Shown here piece by piece: positions 30,296 through 43,200 of a DNA stretch of 64,000 nucleotides. Under the pieces are notes generated by a model, which worked only from the letters and a program-made list of their open reading frames with translations, was not told where the DNA came from and searched no databases. Made by a program: the position numbers and the translations under genes. This DNA comes from the human T2T-CHM13v2.0 reference genome, Homo sapiens: NCBI RefSeq assembly GCF_009914755.1, contig NC_060934.1; one strand, 5' to 3'. Positions within the stretch are counted from its first letter, which is position 1; each line of letters begins with the position of its first letter.

Positions 30296-31473
30296 CTGTA
30301 CATAAAAACAGATAATAGAGCATTGTATTATCTATATTTTTCTTCATAAAAAGATAAAATAAAAAAGATGCCTTATATTATTACAATGTTATCATAACAA
30401 AAAAATGACAAATGAGTAAACATTTAATTTTAGCTTAAAACACATACTGCCAGAGAATATAAAATATTATTGAAGGTAATTTAATGTTTTGAAAACATTT
30501 GCATCTTTGTTGCAGAATTATATTAATAAACATGCACTGTGGGAATCACTCATAAGATGATTTACAGTAAAATTTGTGGATGGAAAAATAGGAACCAGGA
30601 TGGTTGCCTACCAACAGTACTTAATAAATGTGCTTTGGGGCTTCAAAGGGAGGAATTAGGAAGAAAGAAGGGAAAATAACAAGAAGAGAAAAGCTTTAAT
30701 GAGAGAAAGTGGACAGGTATCCTAAAGGAGTCCATATTTCCACAGAAGGAAAGAAGAATTAATGACAACAAAATAGCCAAAACTTGTAGGGCTCACCATG
30801 TTCAAAGCACTTAGTAAATCTCCTACCTTTGGTTTTAAAATCTCAAATTACCTATTTTGAGGCATATTCTGTGATAATTTTTAAATAGCTCAGGACAAAT
30901 TCATATGAACAGTTATTATAAAATACTCTACCAAACAAATTATGTAATAGTCATTCCCATACATATTGGGCACCCATCAGGCACTGGGATCTATTCATGA
31001 CCAAGAATCCAAGATGAATAAGGTGGGGTCATAGCCTGTAAGCATCCGATTGTGTTTCTGGAATTGATATGGTAGCCAATGTCTGGATAGCAATGATCAC
31101 CATGATTTTTATATTTATATTTATTTTTATATGATCATTAAAATTTTTAATACTCTAACATAAAAACAAAGAGGATAGTAGAAAATAAGACAGAATAAAT
31201 ACTTATTTAGGACATACATGCATGCTTAGACAAAGCTCAACAGGAAAATTATAATAATCCTAAAAAACCCCTTAGATATGAAATGGAAAATAATAAATAC
31301 AATACTGAAATTGCCTTTGTCCATGTAATCTAGAGGCAGTCTGCTCTAAACATGATTTAGAGCAGACTATCCCACATGATTTGCAAATGCTTGAATAGAC
31401 GTTACCTTGGATTTATTTTTACCAATAGCAATTCACCAATATTTATGAACATTGATTGCATGTGGAAACTCAC

Positions 31474-31658
31474 CCTTAATTTGTCATAATAGCAGTTTTG
31501 TATTTCTTCTATGTCCATCTCCAAGATTCTACCATGGACAACGTGAGATGCATTCACATTTACTGTCCATTGGTAATTGGAGTTATGTGGGTAGTTTTCA
31601 GGCCAGAAAGGAGAGGCGACTTTCCCATGAGTTCCCACAATATTATCATTGCCAAATA
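31474..31658 (-). CDS. CUBN: cubilin exon 38 (185 nt; [23 protein letters not shown]...CYYDKLR)
   Basis: tcctag|TA acceptor, AGG|gtgagt donor; ORF 31402..31638. Confidence 0.96.
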
Positions 31659-32542
31659 CTAGGAGGGAAGACAGAGTAGTAAATCAGACCCACTTAGAAT
31701 TGCTCTTTAATCAAATGAAAAAAACAAAAGGCAAAGGGTGTTGAAAAGGATGGACTTTTAATTGACTGTGATTTCTTTTCTGACTAGGGAAAGAAATACT
31801 GCCTCCTTTTTGGTTTCTGGGCTATCACTTCCTTAGAAAAGGTCCTTAAAACGTTGCATGGTGTGAAAAGAGGCCACAACTTCCCATGTGAAAAGGGGTT
31901 CTGAGCCCCTAGGGGACTTGGGGACATGGGAAGGTGGGGTGAGCAGCCCCACTCTCTAATTTTGGTTTATCTATTTTACTTTGTTTTTCAAAAGAATGGA
32001 ACATTTAAAGAAATTTACAAGAAAAACTGATAGTTTGAAATTACATATGAAATAGCCAATAATGGAAAAGTTGAGCTAGAGAATAAAAATATTTAACATT
32101 TTATACTATTAGAAGAATCCCCTATTGTTGTTATATGTGAGCACTTAAGCCAATCCCAAAGTAATACTAAATGTCTTAAATGTGAAGAACGTAGAGTTTA
32201 TGAAATCAAATGAAACACACTTGATATAAATACACCAAACCCAAACTATAATATATTACCAGACTCTAACACAACGTCATGAAAAAAACTAATTTAACAT
32301 TAGGTAGAAATTAGAGCTTAAAAAGAACAATAGAACCATTGAGAGTGCTCTCCCTTGCCCTTATTGAGCCATTCATATGCAATTCAGTTTTTCTAATATG
32401 TTATAAGGTAATTCACAAAGACAATGTAGGAAAATAGTGTAGAGTTTAGGATTGTTCTTGCTTAATATATTACTGAGAAAATTATTATTTCTAGTTTGTA
32501 AGACATATTCTGGAAGCTATCACTAAAATAGAAACAACTTAC

Positions 32543-32748
32543 TCTTCATAAATGTGGCCTGGAAGCCCGTGCCGCTGCCAGAACCATCTGAGATAAATCT
32601 GACCCACAGGGTATGTCCAACGATGGAAGAATAATTGAGAGGGAAGGAGTTTCCACAGTATCGTCCCACCAAGTGACCCGTGGCATTTCCTTCACGGATC
32701 TCCACAAAATCTCTGCTGCAGTCCTGAGAGTCTTCCAACTGGAAAGAT
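32543..32748 (-). CDS. CUBN: cubilin exon 37 (206 nt; [20 protein letters not shown]...GFQATFMK)
   Basis: aatcag|A acceptor, A|gtaagt donor; ORF 32523..32738. Confidence 0.96.
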
Positions 32749-33639
32749 CTGATTTTGGGAAAAAAATATTTAAAGGGATTAAATTGAGAGAATAGACTTT
32801 GGGATTCTCCCGGATCACATGCTAGGTTAACCCGTTCACTTTTTTAAACTTTCTTTAACTTTGATCACAACATTATTTGGCTGTCTCAAAAAATTTCTTT
32901 CACTCGGACTTGTTGAAATGTGTATCCAATAGCTACAAAGACGACGAATACACTTCCATCAAGGAGTTTTCTTCCTAGTGGGCAAAACTGGACGAGAATA
33001 CAGAAAAAAAATATATAAGGCAGAATAGTGTGAGTGCCATCAGAGTTATAAAGTGGCGTTTAAGAATTGCAAAGCAGAGGCATCATATTTGATTGTGGTG
33101 CTCTGCAATAGCTTGATGGGAAGACTTTTTGAGATGGAAATATACATGTGAGCTGGATGTAAGCACTATAGATGGTGGGCAAAGAAGCATGCCACCAAGG
33201 CACATGTGCAGAGAAGGGCGGGACATATTCAGAAAACCACGAGATACCTGGTTTGTTTAAAACACTGAGTACCTCTAAGACATGGTGTGGGTTGGCTGAA
33301 GGTAAATAATAAAAAAAAAGAAACCATTAAAACATGTAACTGGGGCAATATGATGGGATCATTTAGGTGGCACTTAAATGCGCTGCAAAGGTGTATGTAC
33401 TTAATTTCTGGAGAGGCAGCAAAATTATGGGATTTGTAACAACACCCGCTGGTGCTTGAATGTGACCTATTCAACTTGTCTTATATTCTGCAACTACGAT
33501 GTGTTGGGGAGTCGAGGATAGGAAATAGTATCTACCTCATATGATGTTCATAGGTAACATATCTAAAGAGTCTGGAACATGTAGGTGCTAGTTGAGTACT
33601 TTCAAAACTTGGCCTTACTGCTTAAAAACATGAGCTACT

Positions 33640-35270
<1,631 letters not shown>

Positions 35271-35449
35271 AGGAAAGGGGAAAGGGTAAAGGAAAAAGGG
35301 AAGGGAAGGGAAGGGAAGGGAAAAGGAAGGGAAGGGAAGGGAAAAGGAAGGGAAGGGGGAAGGGGAAGGGGAAGGGAAAGGAAGGGAAGGGAAGGGAAGG
35401 GAGGGGAACGGAAGGCAAGGGGAAGGGGAAGGGGAAAGGAAAGGAAAAA
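35271..35449. repeat. (GGAAG/GGGAAG)n polypurine tract
   Basis: Direct reading. Confidence 0.93.
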
Positions 35450-35647
35450 TGTACTTCTCTGTCATGTGTATCTTTCTGTTAATGCTCAACATTATCCATG
35501 GCAAGATTTTACTTTATGCTAAGTATAGTGCTCCCCTGGGGCTCTATCTCAGCTAATGGAGGAGAATAGTTAGAGATAACCAGCCTGGAGGCTCTGACCA
35601 CCTCAAGCCCTACCACTAATCAATATACCAGGCACATCTCTGGTCAC

Positions 35648-36702
35648 TCCCTGCCTACCAGACCACAGGGGTGAAGTAACCGGTCAGCTCTGCTCTAACC
35701 TAGCTCTCAAGCCAGATACTAGCATTGGTAGGTCTCTAACCAAATCAGTAAGCCTGGTGGTAAGCTGGTGGCTCTCAGAATCCCACCAAGGTGGGTCACT
35801 ACAGTATAGACCATCTGGACTAGTCTAGATGGAATTTTTACAGCAAGCTATAACTGATAATTGAAATCAGGATATATCCACATCAGACAAAACAAACCAC
35901 ATATTTGTCTCCTTTGACAATCTGATGATTTATAACACAATATTTCTATCTTCAATCATTTTTTTTATTTTGCAAGGAATTGGTCTAAATCCATCTTTGG
36001 GATGGCTGCCAACTTTTGTGCATACATTCAGGCTCAATTTTATTACTCATAATATGATCAACAATGTGAAATACGCAAAATTGTTTTCTTCTGCTTCTCA
36101 GAAAGCAGAAAGGGAAGAAAGGGAGATCATTTTCCTCAGAACGTAAATTACACGAAGTTGCCTCTAAAATCTTTCTATGCAAAGTGCATAATCCAGCAAC
36201 ATCGGCATCACCGGAGAGCTTGTTTGAAACAAGGAATCTGGCCCCACCAACCAACTCAGTGAGAAAGTGAATTTCAGCAAGATCCTAGGTGATCAACATG
36301 CACATTAGCATTCTGTCCGATGCTCCAGAAGATTACAAAGTGAAGGTCTTTTCTAAGTACTTGACTACTGCAATCCAGTGCTAGATGGCAGAAAAGACAT
36401 TCCGTTGGACATGGTGGTAGGCAAATACCTAGAAGGATTAAATTAAACTATAAAAAAAGCTTTATTATGCTTGGAAGTCTTTGCTTTAGGCTGGTACATT
36501 TTATAAGCAACTACACCCTTTGGCTTAGATCTGTTAGTAAATGTAGGATGTGGAACAAAAATAGTACAATCACTGTTTCTTATTATCTCATTCTGATTCT
36601 TGAACTGAGACCTATCACTTTCTAAAAGCACTCTGCAAGTATAAAATACAATTTCTGTCAATTCCCTGCCCACCAAACCGCAGGGGTGAAGTAACTGGTC
36701 AG
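35648..36702 (+). repeat. 40-bp dispersed direct repeat (35648-35687 and 36663-36702, 36/40 identical)
   Basis: tccctgcc(t/c)acca(g/a)acc(a/g)caggggtgaagtaac(c/t)ggtcag. Confidence 0.9.
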
Positions 36703-36862
36703 AAAGATTGCACTGCACTTTGAATAGAAAGATTTTAGAGACAACTGCATGTAATTTACCTTCTGAGGAAAATGATCTCCCTTTCTTCCCTTTCTGCTTT
36801 CTGAGAAGCAGAAGAAAACAATTTACCATATTCACATTTTTGGTCATATTATGGGTAATAAA
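36039..36862. repeat. Inverted repeat: arms 36039-36188 and 36714-36862, about 92% identical, 525-bp spacer
   Basis: Manual alignment gives 12 differences in 150 bp; perfect 64-bp core 36078-36141 vs 36761-36824. Confidence 0.95.
36170..36315. mobile_element. MER5A-like hAT MITE remnant
   Basis: ccagcaacatcggcatcaccggagagcttgtttgaaac...ggccccacc...aggtgatcaacatgcaca matches the MER5A layout. Confidence 0.65.
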
Positions 36863-38007
36863 TGGTTAAATATATGTCTTACAAAAAACTCCTTTTTAGG
36901 TTTTATTTCTCCCCGTTCCTTTTTGTTGCAGATTCAACCATAATTTCTCCAGTCTTCTTCCCTACTCAGTTTCACCACAATCCCAGCCCCATGTTTTAGA
37001 ACTTGATGTGATACACATGCTTCTCATACGCTCTCACACACCCCAGGGTAATGTTTCCAAGCATCCATCTGGATAGAATTTAGACCAGGGCAGAAATAAC
37101 TCACAGGCCTTGCCTTCTCATTAATCAACTGCAAAAAAAGAGGCATCTTGCAGCCTAAAACGTCCATTTTAAAAATAAAACTCAAGCAAGTAACTCAGAG
37201 GAATCAAAATTAACTTCTTACAGGCGAGAAAGGAAATAGCTGAGTCATTACGATGTTCTATATGGTAATTAAAATGTAATGTCTATTAAGCACTGAAATA
37301 GATGAAACTTGCTTTCTGTGTGTGTAATCTCCCATCCTCTGGAAGGAGAGCCTAGTGCTGCCCGTTTGGATTTATTTGTGAGCTATCACAGAAGATACTT
37401 CAGAAATGGTAAAGATTGAGAGAATTAAGTCACCAAACATTTGCTATGCACTAGCTGTGTGGTATGCGTTTTAAATTTGACATCTTCTTTAACCTTCACA
37501 GTCCTAGAAATTTGAAATTACTATAAATTTGTTTATAGAAACTTGTTATTATTATCCCACAGAAATAAAATGAATTTAATTAAATAGCTTCTTAATGTTG
37601 GCTTATGAGTAATTTGTCAAGACCTGAAATCTTATCTGTCTTGAACACCTAGCTCAGTTCCTGGCAACCACTGAATGAGAGCAGTCAACAATGTGAATGT
37701 GGTAGAGACAAACAGGAAAAGACCAAAAAAAAAAATCATTTTATTTGGCAATTCTGATAGGCCTACTAAAGCTGTGCGAAGGGCTTTGGATTTTATTCTA
37801 AGGACAATGATGGTGTTTTATTGATCAATATATAGAAGGCACCTCATAGGAGAGTAGCATGTGCCAACTACATGCCTAGCACATATTAGGAGCTTAATAA
37901 ATATCTGTTGAGTGAAAGAATAAATATATGTCTGGTAAACATTATAAAGTATATAGATTTCTTCCCATCCAGAACGCTGTGCTCTTAGTGAAGACAAAGA
38001 CAAACCA

Positions 38008-38310
38008 GGCCAGGCACGGTGGCTCATGCCTGTAATCCCAGCACTTTGGGAGGCCAAGGTGGGTGAATTACTTGAAGTTGGGAGTTCGAGACCAGCTTGG
38101 CCAACATGGTGAAACTCCATCACTACTAAAAATATAAAAACTAGCCTGGGATGGTGGCATGTGCCTGTAATCCTAGCTACTCAGGAGGCTGAGGCAGGAG
38201 AATAGCTTAAACCCCGGAGGCGACGTTTCAGTGAGCTGAGGTCACTCCATTGCACTCCAGCCTGGGCAACAGAGCCAGACTGTGTCTCCAAAAAAAAAAA
38301 AAAAAAAAAA
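38008..38310 (+). mobile_element. Alu (AluS-type)
   Basis: TSD aaagacaaacca. Confidence 0.93.
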
Positions 38311-38967
38311 AGACAAACCAAAACCTCCTTCCTGTGAGGCAGCTTAAACTTGCATTGCCTTTCGGCATGCAGAGGGTGTCTTTGTTTTAACACAAGGCCA
38401 CTTATACCCTGAAGAGGCTCTGTCTGATTGATGGATTAAAAAAAGCAACTTGAGATGTTTGAACTTGGTCCACAAATAGGATAGTTGTCCCATATTTTTA
38501 ATCAGTTCCTGATGCACAGATTAGCAAGTCTTGGAAGAAAAGTAAGACTTTTAAATAAACAGGACAGGGTCCTCAAAACAATCCTCTTCTCTCAACCATA
38601 AGTTACTTATATTCGCTTCAAAACAGAATTAGCAATCCCAACCACAGCCTAGTAATATGTAAAATAGACTGGTAAATAAATTTCAATTCAAAATGGCAAT
38701 TTAAATTCCAGGATCTTATCTCTCAATATATAATAAGCATCCATTATCAGTGTGACGTGTCACATATACCTCTCTATCAGTTGATTAAAATGTGTGCTTT
38801 TTACATCTACTCTAGGACATATTATTGTTGCTGTCTAATTTAATCTAAGACCACTCAGAATGTGATAGGATCCTACTACTAATTCCATATTTATAGTCCA
38901 TTTCAAAAAGTGTTATAGTGCAATGAGGAATATGAAAGTGTTCTAAAAAATTAAGTTTAAAGTTTAA

Positions 38968-39316
<349 letters not shown>

Positions 39317-39756
39317 CCAGAACCATTCTTCTGACAGAAATAGAAGGAAAGGTGGATTGAGGTAGGGATAAGATAAAAGCGTAAAGAATGCTTAATTGAG
39401 ATGGGAGGGCTCTGCTGGAATAAACAATACTAGTGATTCCCTGGAAGAACCTTAATGTGTCTAATTCCAAAAAAAAAGATAAGATTCCTGTACTCTGAAC
39501 ATGAATGCGCCACAGATTCATTCATTCACCAAGGACTCAAGAATGTACTTTTGGAAATGTTAGACAGGACTCAAGAACCATGGTCGAGAGAAACTTCATG
39601 CTATTTATAACTCAAACTATGACTGAAACAGAGGAAATTTGGAAAAATACTTCCTAAATTTCACGTACACTATGAGTTGCCCATCCTATTAGCACCAGAA
39701 CTTCTTTCCTACAGATTCATTAGCACTGAAACAATACACCATAAAAAAGGATTTAC

Positions 39757-39889
39757 ATAAAAGACAGCTGGAGCCGGTTGCCAGGGGAACTGACAATGTT
39801 CCAGACACATTCCACATTAGGGGGATAAATGTCTGGGTAGCCAGGGCTGTTGAAGATGCCTTCAGCCATGTAGAACGTTCCACCACAAG
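39757..39889 (-). CDS. CUBN: cubilin exon 36 (133 nt; [44 protein letters not shown])
   Basis: ttccag|CT acceptor, AT|gtaaat donor. Confidence 0.95.
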
Positions 39890-40450
39890 CTGGAAGAAAA
39901 TAGAAATAAAGTGAGTATCAGAGCAAAGACTGCATCAGACACTATAAAATAAAGGAGAAAGAACGCTAGAGCCATTATCAATGTAAAAGAATAGATAGTA
40001 TTTCCATCTCACATTTTAAAACATTCATGTCATATAAAATAAGGGAACAATTCTGCAAACTGAAGACCAAGGGCCATGCAGTGTGGTGGATTAGAAGGAA
40101 TTGCTGCAATGTCTTTTCTCAAAGCCGTTTCTTCCTGTGAACGGTAACTTTGAAGAATAAAAGACTTGTTTACCATCCTACAGCCACTTGGCTTTTGTGA
40201 CCAGGATTCTATTCAACCCTGGCCTAGAACCCAACGCAGCATGCTTGCTTTCCCTCTCAGTAGAGCACCGAAATGCACACACCAATCTTCTAGGTGTTCT
40301 GTAGCTTTTAACCACTAAAAACAAGGAAGATGGCAGTGACCAACAGCACTCTCTGGGCTAAGAGGCTAAGAAACCCAGTCCTGGGTAGCTCCTCGTTCCT
40401 CTCCTCCCCAGGTTAGGGCTGCCTTAACAAACAAGCCAAAAAGAACACCA

Positions 40451-40753
<303 letters not shown>

Positions 40754-40999
40754 TCATCTGATAGCATGGCATGTAGCTGAAAAGACAGCTACATTTCCAA
40801 CCAATCCTCCACACTTCCAGAGTTCATTATTGCTAGAATTGACAACACGATCACTTAATTGGGAAGAAGGTAAGATTTGGCCCAGAGGTGATCTCAGGAA
40901 ACTGGCTCCCAACTACGAAGGTCAGAGTCCCCAATAACAAACCAAGAATTTCTACCACATCCCTTTTAACCGCTAGAGTCAGGTGCTAGGGTTTCTTAC

Positions 41000-41128
41000 C
41001 CGACACTGATGCGGTGACCGTGGTGTGGAAACCCCCAGCACTGATGCTAGAATCAGAGACGAATCTCAGCGTCAGGGCGCTGCTGAAGGATGTGATAGGA
41101 TGGGGCATGTCGGTGCCACAGTAACGGC
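41000..41128 (-). CDS. CUBN: cubilin exon 35 (129 nt; [15 protein letters not shown]...TVTASVS)
   Basis: atttag|GC acceptor, G|gtaaga donor; inside ORF 40986..41225. Confidence 0.96.
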
Positions 41129-41469
41129 CTAAATAATGAAGATAATGACAAGGAGAATGAATGACAACATGGCAGAGACCGCTGTTTCTAGGAAACACAT
41201 CTTTACTCGAATTACAAGAGACCAAAACAAAGTGAAGAAATTGCCACTAGGAGAACCACTTCATTCAGGGTCAATGTTTGAGACAATACCTGATGATTTA
41301 AAATAAACTATATATAGGAGCTATATATAGGAGAGGTGATTTATAAACATGATCAAGAACAATAGGACCAGAGGAAAAACTTAGATGACCAAGGGACACA
41401 TGTACCTAAAGCAAAAATCTCCAGCCCAGTTGGACCCATACAAATAAATGCACTAATATCCACTATTTT

Positions 41470-41720
41470 GTAGCACAGAAAAGTGTGGATGCTGGAGCCA
41501 GGCTACCTGGATTCAGCCCCTGGCTCAGCCATTTGCTAGTTGTGTGATCCTAGGCAAGTGACTTACGTGCTTGGTGCCTCAGTTTCCTCACTTGGAAAAA
41601 GGGGCATATTGAAAATAATGAAACCTATCTCATAAGATTACAAGGATTGACCTACTATTTATAACATACTGAGAACAGTACTCAGCGCAAGGTATTGCTA
41701 TGTAACAGCTTGTTAAATAA
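41470..41720 (+). mobile_element. MIR
   Basis: ggcaagtgactta..gtgcctcagtttcctca core. Confidence 0.75.
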
Positions 41721-41955
41721 TATACCCTTATCCTTGGTCAAATGCTTACTAACAAATGCTGTGAGAGGTGTGCATAGGGTGTGGAGAGTTCATTGATTGT
41801 TCACTATTGTCTCAGACACTGTCCTGGGCACTGGGAATTAGGCAACAGGCAAAACAGTCTCCTCTCTGACAGACCTTGTCTTCTAGTGCAGGATGAGAAG
41901 TTTTTACAACAAAATTCAAAAGTTAGGAAATTTACGGAGAAAGCTTAAATGGCCT

Positions 41956-41956
<1 letters not shown>

Positions 41957-41990
<34 letters not shown>
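41957..41990. repeat. (GT)17 microsatellite
   Basis: Direct reading. Confidence 0.95.
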
Positions 41991-41993
<3 letters not shown>

Positions 41994-42513
41994 TTTGTTT
42001 TGCCTGAGAGCATTTCAGAAACTAGATAGCGGCACTCTTTAATTTTATTGGGATGTCTAACAAGCAAAAAGACAGATTTTTAATGGAATTAATTAATTAA
42101 TTAACTAATTAAGTGCTTTTTTTTTCGCTTCCACTAAGGACAAGGCTGAAAGAAACATACTCCATGTGAATGTAAGAACTTGGTCAAATATTAACAAGAA
42201 ATTTCTGATAGAATGCTACCTAATGCTGGGATGGGTTGCATTCCACTATTCTTTAAAGCAGCTGCAATTTTTAAATGTTTTAAAACATATACACAAACTA
42301 TTCACACGTTTGAATATATTAATAAACAGGCTGAGTTCCCTGAACCCCACATTCAAGCCTGCTTTCTTACCCTCTAATCATCTTTATTTGGCTTAGGCTG
42401 CTCTTTCTATTTATTGGAAACATTGCAACCTAGAATGGCAGCCTATAAATATGCGGATCTATAAATAAAGCACAGCCAAGACCACAGATGTAGATGAGTG
42501 AACGCTGAGGTAC

Positions 42514-42624
42514 CTCGGAGGGGCGCGTCTTCGTGGCCGCCATCCAAAATTTCTACAAAGTCACGTGCACACGTTGTGCTTCTTTCAAGTTCAAAGTGGG
42601 TAAAAGAGAGGGTGATATGATTTA
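42514..42624 (-). CDS. CUBN: cubilin exon 34 (111 nt; [37 protein letters not shown])
   Basis: ttccag|TA acceptor, G|gtacct donor; not in the ORF track, translated by hand. Confidence 0.95.
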
Positions 42625-42685
42625 CTGGAAGAAAAAAGAGAAGACTCTCTCGTAAAGTACTGGCAAATAAAACATACAGGGAGAT

Positions 42686-43006
42686 GGGGCAAGACGGGGA
42701 GGTGGGGATGGTTAATGACTATAAAAAATAGAAGGAATGAGTAAGACCTGTTTGATAGCACAACAGGGTAATTGTAGTCGATAATAACTTATTGTACATT
42801 TAAAAATAACTAAAAGAGTAGAATTGGATTATTTGTAACACAAAGGATAAATGCTTGAAGGGATGGATACCCCATTTCCATGATGGGATTATTTCACATT
42901 GCATGCCTGTATCAAAACATCTCATGTACCCCATACATATATACATCTACTATGTACCCACAAAAATTAACAATAAAATTTTTTTACAAAATAAAATTAA
43001 AATTAA
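42686..43006 (+). mobile_element. 5'-truncated L1MA (L1MA2-like) 3' end
   Basis: L1MA 3' UTR text; perfect 17-bp TSD aaaacatacagggagat (42669-42685, 43007-43023). Confidence 0.85.
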
Positions 43007-43136
43007 AAAACATACAGGGAGATAAATTTTACTTCTGGTAATTTCATGTAAGGGTTCTCCAGCAGAGAAGTAATGAATGAGGCGGATTTGCACATGGTTG
43101 AAGGGATAAAGCAAGGGAAGGGGACAACTTCTATCC

Positions 43137-43200
43137 TAGATGGTTTCCTTTGAAGAGTAATAGAATAGATGGTTTCCTTTGAAGAGTAACGGAATAGATG
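43137..43200. repeat. 29-bp tandem duplication (2.2 copies)
   Basis: tagatggtttcctttgaagagtaa(ta/cg)gaa twice, then tagatg. Confidence 0.9.

Noticed and set aside
36443-36847. 134-aa ORF through the inverted-repeat arm, with related ORFs at 35925-36254
   Set aside because: No recognisable domain or splice context; any peptide similarity simply reflects the DNA duplication.
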